From the NCBI GenBank assembly GCA_045545475.1, contig JAZQAZ010000018.1, positions 32,001 through 96,000 on the forward strand: a stretch of 64,000 nucleotides of DNA, read 5' to 3'. A program made the position numbers and the translations under genes. This stretch comes from Clostridia bacterium. GTDB lineage: Bacteria > Bacillota > Clostridia > CAKSNL01 > HGM11501. The notes beneath the pieces are model-generated. The model was not told where the DNA came from, searched no databases, and saw nothing but the letters and a program-made list of their open reading frames with translations. Below, in pieces: positions 36,343-46,331 of this stretch. Numbering within the stretch: position 1 is the stretch's first letter; each line of letters opens with the position of its first letter.

Positions 36343-36872
36343 TGGCAACACATGAAATAATACTTGCCGGCTTCGGCGGTCAGGGTATCCTTTTTGCTGG
36401 TAAGCTTTTGGCATATTGCGGAATGGTAGCAGACAAGGAGCTTTCCTGGCTTCCTTCTTACGGTCCCGAAATGCGAGGCGGAACATGTAACTGTCACGTT
36501 ATTCTGTCCGATGAGCCTGTAAGTTCTCCTCTTATCACAAAGCCCACCGTTTTATTTGCAATGAATCAGCCTTCACTTGATAAGTTCATTGATTCTGTTG
36601 CAGAGGGCGGAGTTGTAGTTTACGACTCTTCTCTTATTTCCGAGGGTGTTAAGAGAACAGATGTTACTGTTGTTGACGTTCCTGCAACTAAGCTTGCAAA
36701 CGAAATGGGTGCATCAAAGCTTGCAAATATGATTCTGACCGGTGCGATGATTAAGGCTACAGGCCTTGCTGATATCGAAACAGTTGAAAAGGCTCTTTCT
36801 AAGGTTATCCCTGCAAAGAAGGCCGATATGCTGGAGCTTAACTTAAACTGCATCAAAAAAGGTATGGAATAA
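36342..36872 (+). CDS. 2-oxoacid:ferredoxin oxidoreductase gamma subunit
   Basis: 'AGFGGQG' and 'SYGPEMRGG'. Confidence 0.92.
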   Translation: MATHEIILAGFGGQGILFAGKLLAYCGMVADKELSWLPSYGPEMRGGTCNCHVILSDEPVSSPLITKPTVLFAMNQPSLDKFIDSVAEGGVVVYDSSLISEGVKRTDVTVVDVPATKLANEMGASKLANMILTGAMIKATGLADIETVEKALSKVIPAKKADMLELNLNCIKKGME

Positions 36873-36901
36873 AAAACAAGGGCATAGCCCTTGTTTTTTT
36901 T
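36871..36901. terminator. Bidirectional terminator
   Basis: aaaaaacaagggc-ata-gcccttgttttttt. Confidence 0.85.
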
Positions 36902-36955
36902 GTCTTATCGTACTTGAAGAGAGTAAGAAACTGTGGTACAATACCATAAAAGAAG

Positions 36956-38296
36956 TTACAGTTTTTGTAATTTTGAAATTGCCGGAAAGAACACACTGAG
37001 GGCAACTGCTATGCACAAAATCCAGCCAATGGGCCATACGAGATATAGGAATGTAAGTGTAGGACAAACGGGGAACACGAAGCGAACCCAGACAATTCTC
37101 AGTACACACATAAATATCAGTGTTGTAATTGTCGGAATTATCGGTTTTCCCATTCCTCGAAGAGAACCGCTTAAAACTTCGTTAATGCCGCAGATAAAAT
37201 ATGTACTTGAAACAATAATCATTTTTTGCTGAGAATACATAATCACAGCGGGTGTAGAGGACATAAGCGAAGAAAGCTGACCGGAGAAGATAGCGGACAG
37301 TGCACCAAGAGACGCACCGAAAGCAATTGTAATTACAATAGATTTTGCAACAGCTTCTTTTGCTCTTTTAATGTTTTTCGCACCGATGTTTTGTGCCACA
37401 TACGGAATAATTGCAAGGGAAGGTGCGTGTACTATCTGATACAGTATGCCATCGAATTGATTTGCAATTGAAAGCCCTGTTGTTGCATCAGCTCCGAATC
37501 CGTTTACGGCAGTGGCGATTACGGTATTCGCCAAAGAATAAAGTGAACTCTGAAGTCCTGTCGGAATTCCGATAAAAAGCATCTGCTTAAGCTCGGAGCC
37601 ATAAAATTTCATTTTTTTATAATTAAAATGAATCATATCCTTGCTTCTCAGCATAACGATAAAGCAAAGTCCGCCTGCGATGGCATTGGAAATAATTGTG
37701 GCGATTGCAACACCTTCGATGGTCATATTGAATGCAGTAACAAAGAATAAGTTTAATAAAACTTTTATGATGCCACCAAGCATTAAAAAAAGCATAGGAC
37801 GCTTTGTATCACCTATAGAACGGAGAATCGAGGCACAAAAATTATAAAACATTACAACGGGAACGCCAAAGAAATATATTCTGAAATAAATTACTGCCTG
37901 ATTTACCAGTTCTTCGGGGCAGTTGGTCCAATTAAGAAAGATTTTTGCACATAAGACGCCTATAACGGCAAGTAAAAGCCCACCTACAATTGAAAAAAGA
38001 ACAGCACAGCCTACGGCTTTTTCAGCACGATCCTTATCGCCGCAGCCTATATGTTTTGCAATTACAACATTTGCACCCGAGGCAATACCTATTAAAAGAC
38101 TTGTACAAAGAGAAATGAGAGTACCACAGGCTCCCACTGCACCAACGGCAGTGTCATTTACAAGTTTCCCTAAAACAAACATGTCAACAACATTAAACAT
38201 TGTTTGCATAATGTTCATTATCATAATTGGTATGGTTATGGATAATAAACCTTTGAAAACAGAACCTGATAACATATCAACATTATTGGTTTTCAT
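36956..38296 (-). CDS. MATE family efflux transporter
   Basis: About 12 TM helices; 'LRSIGDTKRP', 'GVAIAT' and 'QNIGA'. Confidence 0.92.
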   Translation of the reverse strand: MKTNNVDMLSGSVFKGLLSITIPIMIMNIMQTMFNVVDMFVLGKLVNDTAVGAVGACGTLISLCTSLLIGIASGANVVIAKHIGCGDKDRAEKAVGCAVLFSIVGGLLLAVIGVLCAKIFLNWTNCPEELVNQAVIYFRIYFFGVPVVMFYNFCASILRSIGDTKRPMLFLMLGGIIKVLLNLFFVTAFNMTIEGVAIATIISNAIAGGLCFIVMLRSKDMIHFNYKKMKFYGSELKQMLFIGIPTGLQSSLYSLANTVIATAVNGFGADATTGLSIANQFDGILYQIVHAPSLAIIPYVAQNIGAKNIKRAKEAVAKSIVITIAFGASLGALSAIFSGQLSSLMSSTPAVIMYSQQKMIIVSSTYFICGINEVLSGSLRGMGKPIIPTITTLIFMCVLRIVWVRFVFPVCPTLTFLYLVWPIGWILCIAVALSVFFPAISKLQKL

Positions 38297-38343
38297 TTTC
38301 TTCCTCCCGGTAATGAGTGTAATATTTAGGATAAATCATATTT

Positions 38344-38392
38344 ATTATATCAGTTTATATTACAAACAACTATGCTTTTTCATAAAACAACT
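38344..38392 (-). promoter_or_regulatory. MATE promoter with putative AraC-type tandem operator
   Basis: Minus-strand TATAAT at 38349-38344; aaacaact direct repeat at 38364 and 38385 (21-bp period) over and upstream of the -35 position. Confidence 0.55.
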
Positions 38393-38435
38393 TGCACAAA
38401 AGATAGATTTTTGATATAATAATACCGGTGATGAT

Positions 38436-39155
38436 ATGAAATATTTAATTAATCTTATAAAAACAACAAGCCTTCCGCATAAACATAAAAATTTTGAAAT
38501 TATTGTCTACACAAAGGGAAGGGGAATTTTCCGTACAAACGAAAAAGATATAGAAACAGCACCGGGTAAAATTATAATCATTCCTCCGGGGACCATTCAC
38601 AGCAGTACAAATATTGATGAATTTTATGAACGAATCTATATAAACGGAGAGTTTGATTATATTTTTAATCTGACAACGCCGACGGTCATTGCCGACAATT
38701 CAAACAGCGAAGGATTAGAGCTTGCAAAGATGATTTACAACAATCGCTTTTCTGAAAGCGAGTACATTTCAACATTGATCAGTGCCTTTACACACTTTCT
38801 TCTTGATCGTATAAATTTTGAAAATGAACTTCTTTCGGCAATAACAAATGTTACAGAGAAAATAACAAATAATTTTAGTGACAACAATATTGATCTTTCC
38901 GCTCTTCTGAAAAAAAGCGGGTACAGCGAGGATTATATTCGCGCACAATTTAAGAAAATAACAGGGAAAACCCCCACGGAATTTTTGACTCAAAGCAGAA
39001 TTTCTCACGCATGTTATTTAATAAACGCATATGGGAATTCCATTTCTTTGATGACAGTTTCGGAAAAATGCGGATATACCGATTACATATATTTTTCAAG
39101 AATGTTTAAACGCATAGTGGGAGTATCGCCACGAAAATATATGCAGGAATTATAG
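38436..39155 (+). CDS. AraC family transcriptional regulator
   Basis: Cupin 'HKHKNFEI'; HTH 'YSEDYIRAQFKK' and 'CGYTDYIYFSRMFKR'. Confidence 0.92.
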   Translation: MKYLINLIKTTSLPHKHKNFEIIVYTKGRGIFRTNEKDIETAPGKIIIIPPGTIHSSTNIDEFYERIYINGEFDYIFNLTTPTVIADNSNSEGLELAKMIYNNRFSESEYISTLISAFTHFLLDRINFENELLSAITNVTEKITNNFSDNNIDLSALLKKSGYSEDYIRAQFKKITGKTPTEFLTQSRISHACYLINAYGNSISLMTVSEKCGYTDYIYFSRMFKRIVGVSPRKYMQEL

Positions 39156-39182
39156 TGCCTCATAAATGAAAGGAGAAAATTT

Positions 39183-40553
39183 ATGAATATTATATGTTCA
39201 ATACCCAATAAAGAAATTTATTTTAATGACTCTTTGGTTAAAAGCGAAAAAATTTCATCAGAAACTGAAGGAAATATTATAAACATATATGATGATGTTT
39301 TATATCAGGAGGTATTAGGCTTTGGCGGAGCGTTTACCGAGGCTTCTGCATACAACTATTCCCTTATGGATGATGAGACAAAGAAAGCCTTTATCAACGC
39401 CTATTTTGATAAGAAAACAGGACTTTCATATAACTTTGGGAGATGCCATATAAACTCCTGCGATTTTTCTCTTGATATGTATACATATGTAAAAGAGGGA
39501 GACGAAACCTTAGAAAGTTTTAACATCGAGCGGGATAAAAAATATATTATTCCTTTCCTTAAGGATGTACTTGAAGTAACGGGGGAAGAGCTTATTCTTT
39601 TCGCATCTCCATGGAGTCCTCCTGCCTATATGAAGGACAATAACAGCATGCTTGGCGGTGGTAAGCTTTTGCCTTCTTATAAAAAGCTCTGGACACTTTA
39701 TTATGCCAAGTATATAAAAGCATATAAGGAGCAGGGAATAACGATAAGTGCAATTTCAATACAGAATGAGCCTAAAGCAAAACAGTCCTGGGAAAGCTGC
39801 TACTACACTGCAGAAGACGAAAGGGACTTAATAGAGAATTACATCATCCCCGTGTTTGATGAAGAGGGTTTAGCCGATATTAAAATAATAATATGGGATC
39901 ACAATAAGGAAAGGGTTTATGACCGTGCAAGGGACATTTTAATCCGCGAAAAGGTCCAAAAAAGAGTGTGGGCGGTGGGACATCACTGGTATTCAGGTGA
40001 TCACTATGAAGCGTTAAGTCTCGTTACAAGGGAGCTTGGAAAACCCAACATCTGCACGGAGTTCTGTGCTTCTATGAGAATGACTTCTGATCTTTTGTCT
40101 CTTGCTGAACGCTATGCAAGGGAAATTTGTGAAAATATGAATAACTTCTGCTCAGGTATATGCGACTGGAACTTGATGCTTGACTCTAATGGCGGTCCTT
40201 ATCATCATCGATTCAGACCGGGAACAGACGCCATAAATTACGACTACACGGAAATGGGTGCAGGTTGCTACGCTCCCGTTATGTTCAATGAAAAGAAAAA
40301 AACATTTGAATGTACGCCGGTATATTATTACATAGGTCATTTTTCAAAATATATCAATCGTGGGGCAAAAAGAATTGCAACCACAAAATATACAAGTGAC
40401 TTATTTGCCACGGCATTTATTAATCCCGACGGGGAAAGGATTGCTGTAATTATGAATCCCACAGATGAAGGGAAAGATGCGGTAATCAGACACAACGGAG
40501 AATGCAACAAAATAACACTTGAACCACATTCTATCATTACTGCATTGTTTTAA
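39183..40553 (+). CDS. GH30 glycoside hydrolase (glucosylceramidase-like), cytoplasmic
   Basis: 'GFGGAFT', 'SCDFS', 'ASPWSPPAYMK', acid/base 'QNEP', 'WDHN', nucleophile 'TE' and 'DWNL'. Confidence 0.92.
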   Translation: MNIICSIPNKEIYFNDSLVKSEKISSETEGNIINIYDDVLYQEVLGFGGAFTEASAYNYSLMDDETKKAFINAYFDKKTGLSYNFGRCHINSCDFSLDMYTYVKEGDETLESFNIERDKKYIIPFLKDVLEVTGEELILFASPWSPPAYMKDNNSMLGGGKLLPSYKKLWTLYYAKYIKAYKEQGITISAISIQNEPKAKQSWESCYYTAEDERDLIENYIIPVFDEEGLADIKIIIWDHNKERVYDRARDILIREKVQKRVWAVGHHWYSGDHYEALSLVTRELGKPNICTEFCASMRMTSDLLSLAERYAREICENMNNFCSGICDWNLMLDSNGGPYHHRFRPGTDAINYDYTEMGAGCYAPVMFNEKKKTFECTPVYYYIGHFSKYINRGAKRIATTKYTSDLFATAFINPDGERIAVIMNPTDEGKDAVIRHNGECNKITLEPHSIITALF

Positions 40554-40577
40554 CAAATAGTGAAGGAGGGCATGGGA

Positions 40578-41081
40578 ATGAAAAAGATAATTATAATCGG
40601 CTGTCCCGGAAGCGGGAAAAGCACATTTGGAAGGAAGCTTTGCAAAATTATAAATATTCCTTTGTACCACCTTGATATGATGTACTGGAACAATGACAAA
40701 ACTACCGTAGAAAAGAATGTTTTCCTTGAAAGGCTGAAAGCTGTTATGGAAACGCCGGAGTGGATTATTGACGGAAATTACTTATCCACTATGGAAATGC
40801 GTATAGAGGAGTGTGACACGGTTTTCTTTCTTGACTACGAGACAGAGGTTTGCCTTTCGGGTATTGAAGAAAGAAAAGGCAAAAGCCGAAGTGATATGCC
40901 CTGGGTTGAAAATGGAGATTCTGACGAAGAATTTATACACTTTATAAAAAATTATAATGAAGAGACCAGACCAAAGGTTATTGAATTGCTCTTTAAGTAC
41001 TTTACCAAAAATATTATCGTTTTGAAAACAAGAGAAGAAGCAGATAAATTCTTGGATTTTATTTCAGGGGTGTTTGAATGA
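40578..41081 (+). CDS. Adenylate-kinase-like / FlaR topology modulation protein
   Basis: 'IIGCPGSGKST', 'HLD' and 'WIIDGNY'. Confidence 0.85.
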   Translation: MKKIIIIGCPGSGKSTFGRKLCKIINIPLYHLDMMYWNNDKTTVEKNVFLERLKAVMETPEWIIDGNYLSTMEMRIEECDTVFFLDYETEVCLSGIEERKGKSRSDMPWVENGDSDEEFIHFIKNYNEETRPKVIELLFKYFTKNIIVLKTREEADKFLDFISGVFE

Positions 41082-42946
41082 AAAAAATTATAAGTCTTAT
41101 ATTACTTACGGCATCGCTTTTTACTATAATAACATCCTTTGCAACGGAAGAGAAAAGGGCGGTATTTTACGGAGACGAAGCGATAAATACAACTTTTGAT
41201 ATATTTTCCGAAAGCTTTGAGCTTACCCGTTTTAAGTTGCTTTATGAAAATGCAAAAACGAAGCAGGGAACCGGAGGAAGAAGCTATGTTTATACAGCAC
41301 TTTCATTACTCCTTACCGGGCTTAATGATGAAAAAGCAAACACGCTTTTACAGGACAGGCAGATAACGGATATAAAGGAGTATAAGGATTTTGAAAAAGC
41401 TCCATTTTCAATGTATTGGTGTATGCCTGCCTATATAAGAATTTATATGCTTTACAATTCAAGGAACGGAATAAACAGACGCAATGCACTTAAGCCTGAA
41501 ACCGAGGAAAGCATGAAAAGGGTTATGTGGGCGTTTTTGGAAAATTATTATGAAAATGTGTTTACAGAAGACAACAATCCTTTGAGAATCGTAAATAGCG
41601 AAAATCACGATGCTCTGCAAAAGGCATCGCTATATTTATCGGCACTTGCATTGAGCAAAACCGACGATTATGGGGGAAAAAATCTGTCTGACGGAAAAAC
41701 TTTATCTGATTTTGCAACCCATGCAGAAGAATTTTTTATAAAATACATTGATGAAAGGGCAAAAATAGGGCTTTTTGTTGAAGGTTCGGAAAACTACAGG
41801 GCGGTAACGCTTGAATCACTTTACAATATTTATGATTTTACGGATAGTGAGACTCTCAAGAAAAAGGTTAAAATGTTCCTTGATATAGTGTGGATTGAAT
41901 ATGCTGCAGAGAGCATAGATGGAATAAGGGGCAGTGCAAAGACGAGAGTTTATAACAAGGCAACTGATGCGGGAAGCGGTCTTTTATGGACATCTTCTCT
42001 CGGAAGTTTATATTTCGGTCTTAACAAGGACGAAAAGTGCGAAACAATAATAACCTTACCGGCATCATCTTACAGGCCGCCCGAGATTGCAAAAAAAATT
42101 GCAAGGGCAGAAAATAAAGGAAACTATGAGTTGGTAAAATCAATCCCGGGAAAAGGCACTACTGAGGTTTTAAAGCTTACAAACAAAGATTTTCCCATAT
42201 ATACTCTTGAACCTGCAGGAGATGTTATAAGCTATGAATATGTAACGCCCACCTATGCGGCAAGTACAATGTATCAGGACGGAAGCACACCTCTTACTCT
42301 TATAAGCTCGCAAAACAGATGGGAAGGTGCTGTTTTCAAAGGAGATAAAAATGCAAGAATATACAGGTATCTGGATACAGATAAGTCACTTCATACACAT
42401 TTTTTGAGTATGCAAAAAGGGCCTGTTATGATATTCAAGAAAAATACCACTGCAGCATTGGACACGGGAATATACATATATCCATATGATTTTTCAGAGG
42501 AAGACGGCGAAATAAAAACCGAGGGCGGATGGCTTTTCGGAGAAATTTACGATTCTTATTATGCCGTAAGAGCAGCATCCGGAAAACTTTTACAGAAGGA
42601 AGGTAAAATACTTTTATCCGACAGTGAAAGTCCTTTTGTAATACATCTGGGAAGCAAGATTGACGACGGAAGCCTTGATGAATTTAAGAAAAAGATAAAA
42701 AGCAATCCTTTAACATTTGACGGTAATTGTGTTTGTTATACCGATAAAACATGGGGAAGATTTGAATTTAATATAAAAACGGCCGAAAGACGCCTTAATG
42801 GGGCAACTTACGAATATAAGGCTGAAAAAATTATGGAATGTCCCTTTATAAACTCTTATAAAAACAGCGGAATTTTCGAGATTAATTTTGGCGAAAATAA
42901 AGTGGTTTACGATTTTAATGAATTAACTGTAAAGGCAATATCGTAA
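41078..42946 (+). CDS. Secreted hypothetical protein, possible (alpha/alpha)-toroid + beta-sandwich lyase-like fold
   Basis: Signal peptide; helical N-half with 'SENH' and 'E..S.NY'; beta-rich C-half. Confidence 0.5.
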   Translation: MKKIISLILLTASLFTIITSFATEEKRAVFYGDEAINTTFDIFSESFELTRFKLLYENAKTKQGTGGRSYVYTALSLLLTGLNDEKANTLLQDRQITDIKEYKDFEKAPFSMYWCMPAYIRIYMLYNSRNGINRRNALKPETEESMKRVMWAFLENYYENVFTEDNNPLRIVNSENHDALQKASLYLSALALSKTDDYGGKNLSDGKTLSDFATHAEEFFIKYIDERAKIGLFVEGSENYRAVTLESLYNIYDFTDSETLKKKVKMFLDIVWIEYAAESIDGIRGSAKTRVYNKATDAGSGLLWTSSLGSLYFGLNKDEKCETIITLPASSYRPPEIAKKIARAENKGNYELVKSIPGKGTTEVLKLTNKDFPIYTLEPAGDVISYEYVTPTYAASTMYQDGSTPLTLISSQNRWEGAVFKGDKNARIYRYLDTDKSLHTHFLSMQKGPVMIFKKNTTAALDTGIYIYPYDFSEEDGEIKTEGGWLFGEIYDSYYAVRAASGKLLQKEGKILLSDSESPFVIHLGSKIDDGSLDEFKKKIKSNPLTFDGNCVCYTDKTWGRFEFNIKTAERRLNGATYEYKAEKIMECPFINSYKNSGIFEINFGENKVVYDFNELTVKAIS

Positions 42947-43018
42947 ATATTGCTATCGGCGTTATTATGTGCTATAATAAAAAAGTTGAAAACTACTCGG
43001 AGAAAGGAAGTAAGGCTT

Positions 43019-43675
43019 ATGACAACGATGTTTCACAAGGAGAAAAAATGTGCAGTTTGTGGCAGAGAAAAAAATTATATACAGCTTGGGAGCAGCAACT
43101 CTTTTGGGCCATGCGATCTTGACTTACGTCCGCCTGAAATGATGAGAAGTACGATGCATACCTGGATTGAAGAATGTCCGTTTTGCGGATATGTCATGGG
43201 AAATATTTCGTCTTTTCCGGAAAATGTTTCGGAAAAAAGCGTTCTTGAAAAATTCGTATATAGTAAAGCTTATCAAACTGCGGAAGGAACACATTTCAAA
43301 TCAGAACTTGCTGAAAGGTTTTATAAAAGATACATTTTGGAAAGAGAGTTCGGAGAAATTTCCCGGTCTTTTGATTCGTTGTTACGAGCAGCGTGGGCCT
43401 GTGATGATGCAGGGGATAAAGAAAATGCAGTGCACTGCAGGAAAGAGGCACTTAAATTTCTTGATATTATGATTTCAAAGGATGAAACTAATGAAAATTT
43501 AATCTTGCAAAAGGCCGATATACTGCGTCGAAGCGGAATGTTTGAAGAAGTAATAAAACAGTATGGCGACAAAAAGTTTTCCGGTGAGTTGCTTAAAAAC
43601 ATTGCCTCTTTTCAGGTTGAAAAATCAAAGCTGAAAGACGATAAATGTTATACAGTTAGAGATGTGAAAAAATAA
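43019..43675 (+). CDS. DUF2225 family protein (zinc ribbon + TPR-like helices)
   Basis: 'CAVCG', 'DLDLRP', 'CPFCGY', 'LRAAWACDD' and 'DILRRSGMF'. Confidence 0.75.
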   Translation: MTTMFHKEKKCAVCGREKNYIQLGSSNSFGPCDLDLRPPEMMRSTMHTWIEECPFCGYVMGNISSFPENVSEKSVLEKFVYSKAYQTAEGTHFKSELAERFYKRYILEREFGEISRSFDSLLRAAWACDDAGDKENAVHCRKEALKFLDIMISKDETNENLILQKADILRRSGMFEEVIKQYGDKKFSGELLKNIASFQVEKSKLKDDKCYTVRDVKK

Positions 43676-43696
43676 AACGATTTTAAGAGGTGCATT

Positions 43697-44641
43697 ATGA
43701 AATATTCTGAAAGCTTTGGGAAATTAAGTTCAAAAATACTTCTGGGAACAGCTTATTTCGGGGAAACCATATCTGAAAAGGATTCCTTTGAAATAATGGA
43801 TAAATATTATTCTCTTGGCGGTCGCCATATAGATACGGCAAGACTTTATGCCGAGGGTGAATCTGAAAAAATTGTGGGAAAATGGCTTAAAGAAAGAAAA
43901 TATGAAGATATCTTTTTATCAACCAAAGGAGGATTTCAAAGAACATCTGATCATCCGGTTTCAAGATTAAGCGAAGGAGAATTGAGATCTGACCTTGAAA
44001 AAAGCCTTGATGCCTTGAAAATTTCGCAAATTGAGTTTTACTGGCTTCACAGAGACGACGAAAGACTTAAGGCGAGTGAAATCATAACGACAATGAATAA
44101 ATTTATAAAAGAGGGAAAAATTAAAAAATTCGGTGCATCAAATTGGAAGATAGATAGAATTGAAGAAGCTAACAGATATGCAAAGGATAATGGACTTGTC
44201 GGTTTTTCCGCAAGTCAAATTCGCTTCAGTCCAGCAATAATTGCACCAAGCGGAAATGCAGACAGAACATTGGTTGATATGGATAAGGAGAGCTTTTACT
44301 ACTATGCTGAAAAAAATATGCCGGTTGCGGCATATGCCTCACAAGGGAAGGGATTTTTCTCTAAAATGGTATTGGCAGGGAAGGATGGCTTATCAGAAAA
44401 ATCCAAAGAACGTTATCTTTGTGATGAAAACTTAAGACGTCTTGAACTGGTGAAAAAGCTTTCGGAAAAATACGGCATCAGTATTGCGTCTTGCGTCTGT
44501 GCAATTCTTTCGTCTGCAAAATCGGTGGATGTGTTCCCGATAATCGGCGGAAGTAAGGCATCGCAGATTGCTGATTCAATGATGGGTGCAGATGTTACTT
44601 TTGAAGAAGCTGAAATTAAGGAAATTCTTGGATTCTGCTGA
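43697..44641 (+). CDS. Aldo/keto reductase
   Basis: 'IDTARLY', 'STKG', 'YWLHRDD' and 'GASNW'. Confidence 0.92.
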   Translation: MKYSESFGKLSSKILLGTAYFGETISEKDSFEIMDKYYSLGGRHIDTARLYAEGESEKIVGKWLKERKYEDIFLSTKGGFQRTSDHPVSRLSEGELRSDLEKSLDALKISQIEFYWLHRDDERLKASEIITTMNKFIKEGKIKKFGASNWKIDRIEEANRYAKDNGLVGFSASQIRFSPAIIAPSGNADRTLVDMDKESFYYYAEKNMPVAAYASQGKGFFSKMVLAGKDGLSEKSKERYLCDENLRRLELVKKLSEKYGISIASCVCAILSSAKSVDVFPIIGGSKASQIADSMMGADVTFEEAEIKEILGFC

Positions 44642-44657
44642 CAAAAGGAGAAATATT

Positions 44658-45848
44658 ATGAAGACACTAATTGAACTTTTTGATGATTGTCAGACAAATA
44701 ATGTGATTGCGGCAACAGCCTTAAAGCCCGAGAAAGTGGTATATATCGGCTTTAAGGAGAGTATGACCAATGATCGCATAACATATCTTGAAAAGTTTTT
44801 CAAAAATAAAGGTATAGATATAAGCCTTGAATTTGAGATAGTCGGAAGATTCAGCATTGAGGCGGTGGAAGAAAGACTTTCCTCTGTTATAGCAAGATAC
44901 CCCGACTCCTTTATAGACATAACTGGTGGGAGAGAGCTTTTGTTGACTGCGGCAGGAAAGGCATCTTACGGAAAAAATATTCCTATAATACAGTATGATC
45001 CCGATTCGGGAAAGCTTAAATCCCTTGAAAACGGCAAGGAGATTTCTGAGGCAGCGGATCCGGATATCACAATAAAGGATATCATAGGGCTTAACGGGGG
45101 AGCTGTGCTTCCTGATGCGTCATGGGTGCTTGATTCGGATTTTTGTGAAGATATAAAAAACGTATGGGAGCTGTGCAGGGAAAACTGCGGCTTATGGAAC
45201 AGACAAGCGACGGCTTTGGGAAATTTCGAGAAGTACGGCAAGCTTGATTACTTTTTCAGGGTAAGTACAGATCTTTACGATATAAGAAAAAGAAAAAAAG
45301 ATGCATTTATCTGCGAAGAGCTGATAGAAAAGCTGAAAGAAAAAAATCTCATTTACGGGTATGAGAAAAACGGAGACTATGTGTCGTTCTTTTACAAAAA
45401 CGACAGCGTACGCCGTCTTATAACAAAGTCCGGAAATGCACTTGAGCTTTACGGATATATGACAATAAAGAAAATTATGGCGGAGAATGAAAAATTTGCA
45501 GATGATTGTGATGTCGGCGTTTTTGTTGACTGGGACGGCAAAGACATTCCCGGAGCCGAAACGACAAACGAAATTGACATTGTTATTGTAAAGGATTTCG
45601 TTCCTGTTTTCATATCCTGTAAAAACGGTGAGGTTTATAAAGAGGCACTTTATGAGCTTGATACCATGGCAAGAAGATTCGGCGGAGAATATGCAAAAAA
45701 AGTTATGTTTGCAAGCTATGTCTCAACAGAGGAGGATAAGAAGGAATACATAAAAAAGCGTGCTTCTGATATGGGAATAACTCTGATTTGTGGCATAGAT
45801 AAAATGACAGAGCAAAAATTCAGGGAAGAAATTATGAAACTTATATGA
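44658..45848 (+). CDS. DUF1887 / Card1-Can2-like CARF + PD-(D/E)xK nuclease domain protein
   Basis: AAGGAG RBS before ATG 44658; CARF-like 'PEKVVYIG' and 'DITGGRE'; nuclease 'GNALELY' and 'NEIDIVI....PVFISCKNG...ALYEL'. Confidence 0.8.
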   Translation: MKTLIELFDDCQTNNVIAATALKPEKVVYIGFKESMTNDRITYLEKFFKNKGIDISLEFEIVGRFSIEAVEERLSSVIARYPDSFIDITGGRELLLTAAGKASYGKNIPIIQYDPDSGKLKSLENGKEISEAADPDITIKDIIGLNGGAVLPDASWVLDSDFCEDIKNVWELCRENCGLWNRQATALGNFEKYGKLDYFFRVSTDLYDIRKRKKDAFICEELIEKLKEKNLIYGYEKNGDYVSFFYKNDSVRRLITKSGNALELYGYMTIKKIMAENEKFADDCDVGVFVDWDGKDIPGAETTNEIDIVIVKDFVPVFISCKNGEVYKEALYELDTMARRFGGEYAKKVMFASYVSTEEDKKEYIKKRASDMGITLICGIDKMTEQKFREEIMKLI

Positions 45849-45913
45849 TATAACGGTCGCCCATGCGACCGTTATTAATTTTTTTAAAAAAAGGTATTGA
45901 CAAACTGTGCTAA

Positions 45914-45936
45914 CTGTATTAATATAGATAGTACAG
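45914..45936 (+). promoter_or_regulatory. YtrA-type GntR operator overlapping the promoter
   Basis: Inverted repeat CTGTATTA-N7-TAGTACAG covering the -10 of a TTGACA (45897) promoter. Confidence 0.75.
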
Positions 45937-45949
45937 AGGAGGTGATAGA

Positions 45950-46315
45950 GTGATAAAGCTGGATATGAGGGACTCCCGTCCGATTTACGAACAGATAAAA
46001 GAGGAAATGAAAAAGCTTATAATAAAAGGGGCGTTGAAGGCGGAGGAGAAAATTCCGTCGGTAAGGCTTTTAGCGTCAAGCTTGTCCATTAATCCCAATA
46101 CGATACAGCATGCATACAGAGAACTTGAGGCAGAGGGATATATCTATTCACGTAAGGCAACGGGATATTTTGTTGCACCGATTACTGATAATGTTACAGG
46201 TGAAAAGAAAGATAAGCTTCTTACGGAAATGAAAGATATACTTAAAGAACTTAAATACTTAAATACTGACAAAAAAGACATAAATTCACTTATTGATAAA
46301 GTGTTTGATGATTAA
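45950..46315 (+). CDS. GntR family (YtrA subfamily) regulator
   Basis: 'PIYEQI', 'PSVR', 'INPNTIQHAYRELE'; short C-terminus. Confidence 0.93.
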   Translation: MIKLDMRDSRPIYEQIKEEMKKLIIKGALKAEEKIPSVRLLASSLSINPNTIQHAYRELEAEGYIYSRKATGYFVAPITDNVTGEKKDKLLTEMKDILKELKYLNTDKKDINSLIDKVFDD

Positions 46316-46331
46316 AGAAAGGATGGTAATA

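Noticed and set aside
44600-45950. CRISPR array or cas locus near the CARF protein
   Set aside because: Intergenic gaps are too short, no repeat-spacer periodicity is visible, and no cas genes occur in the window
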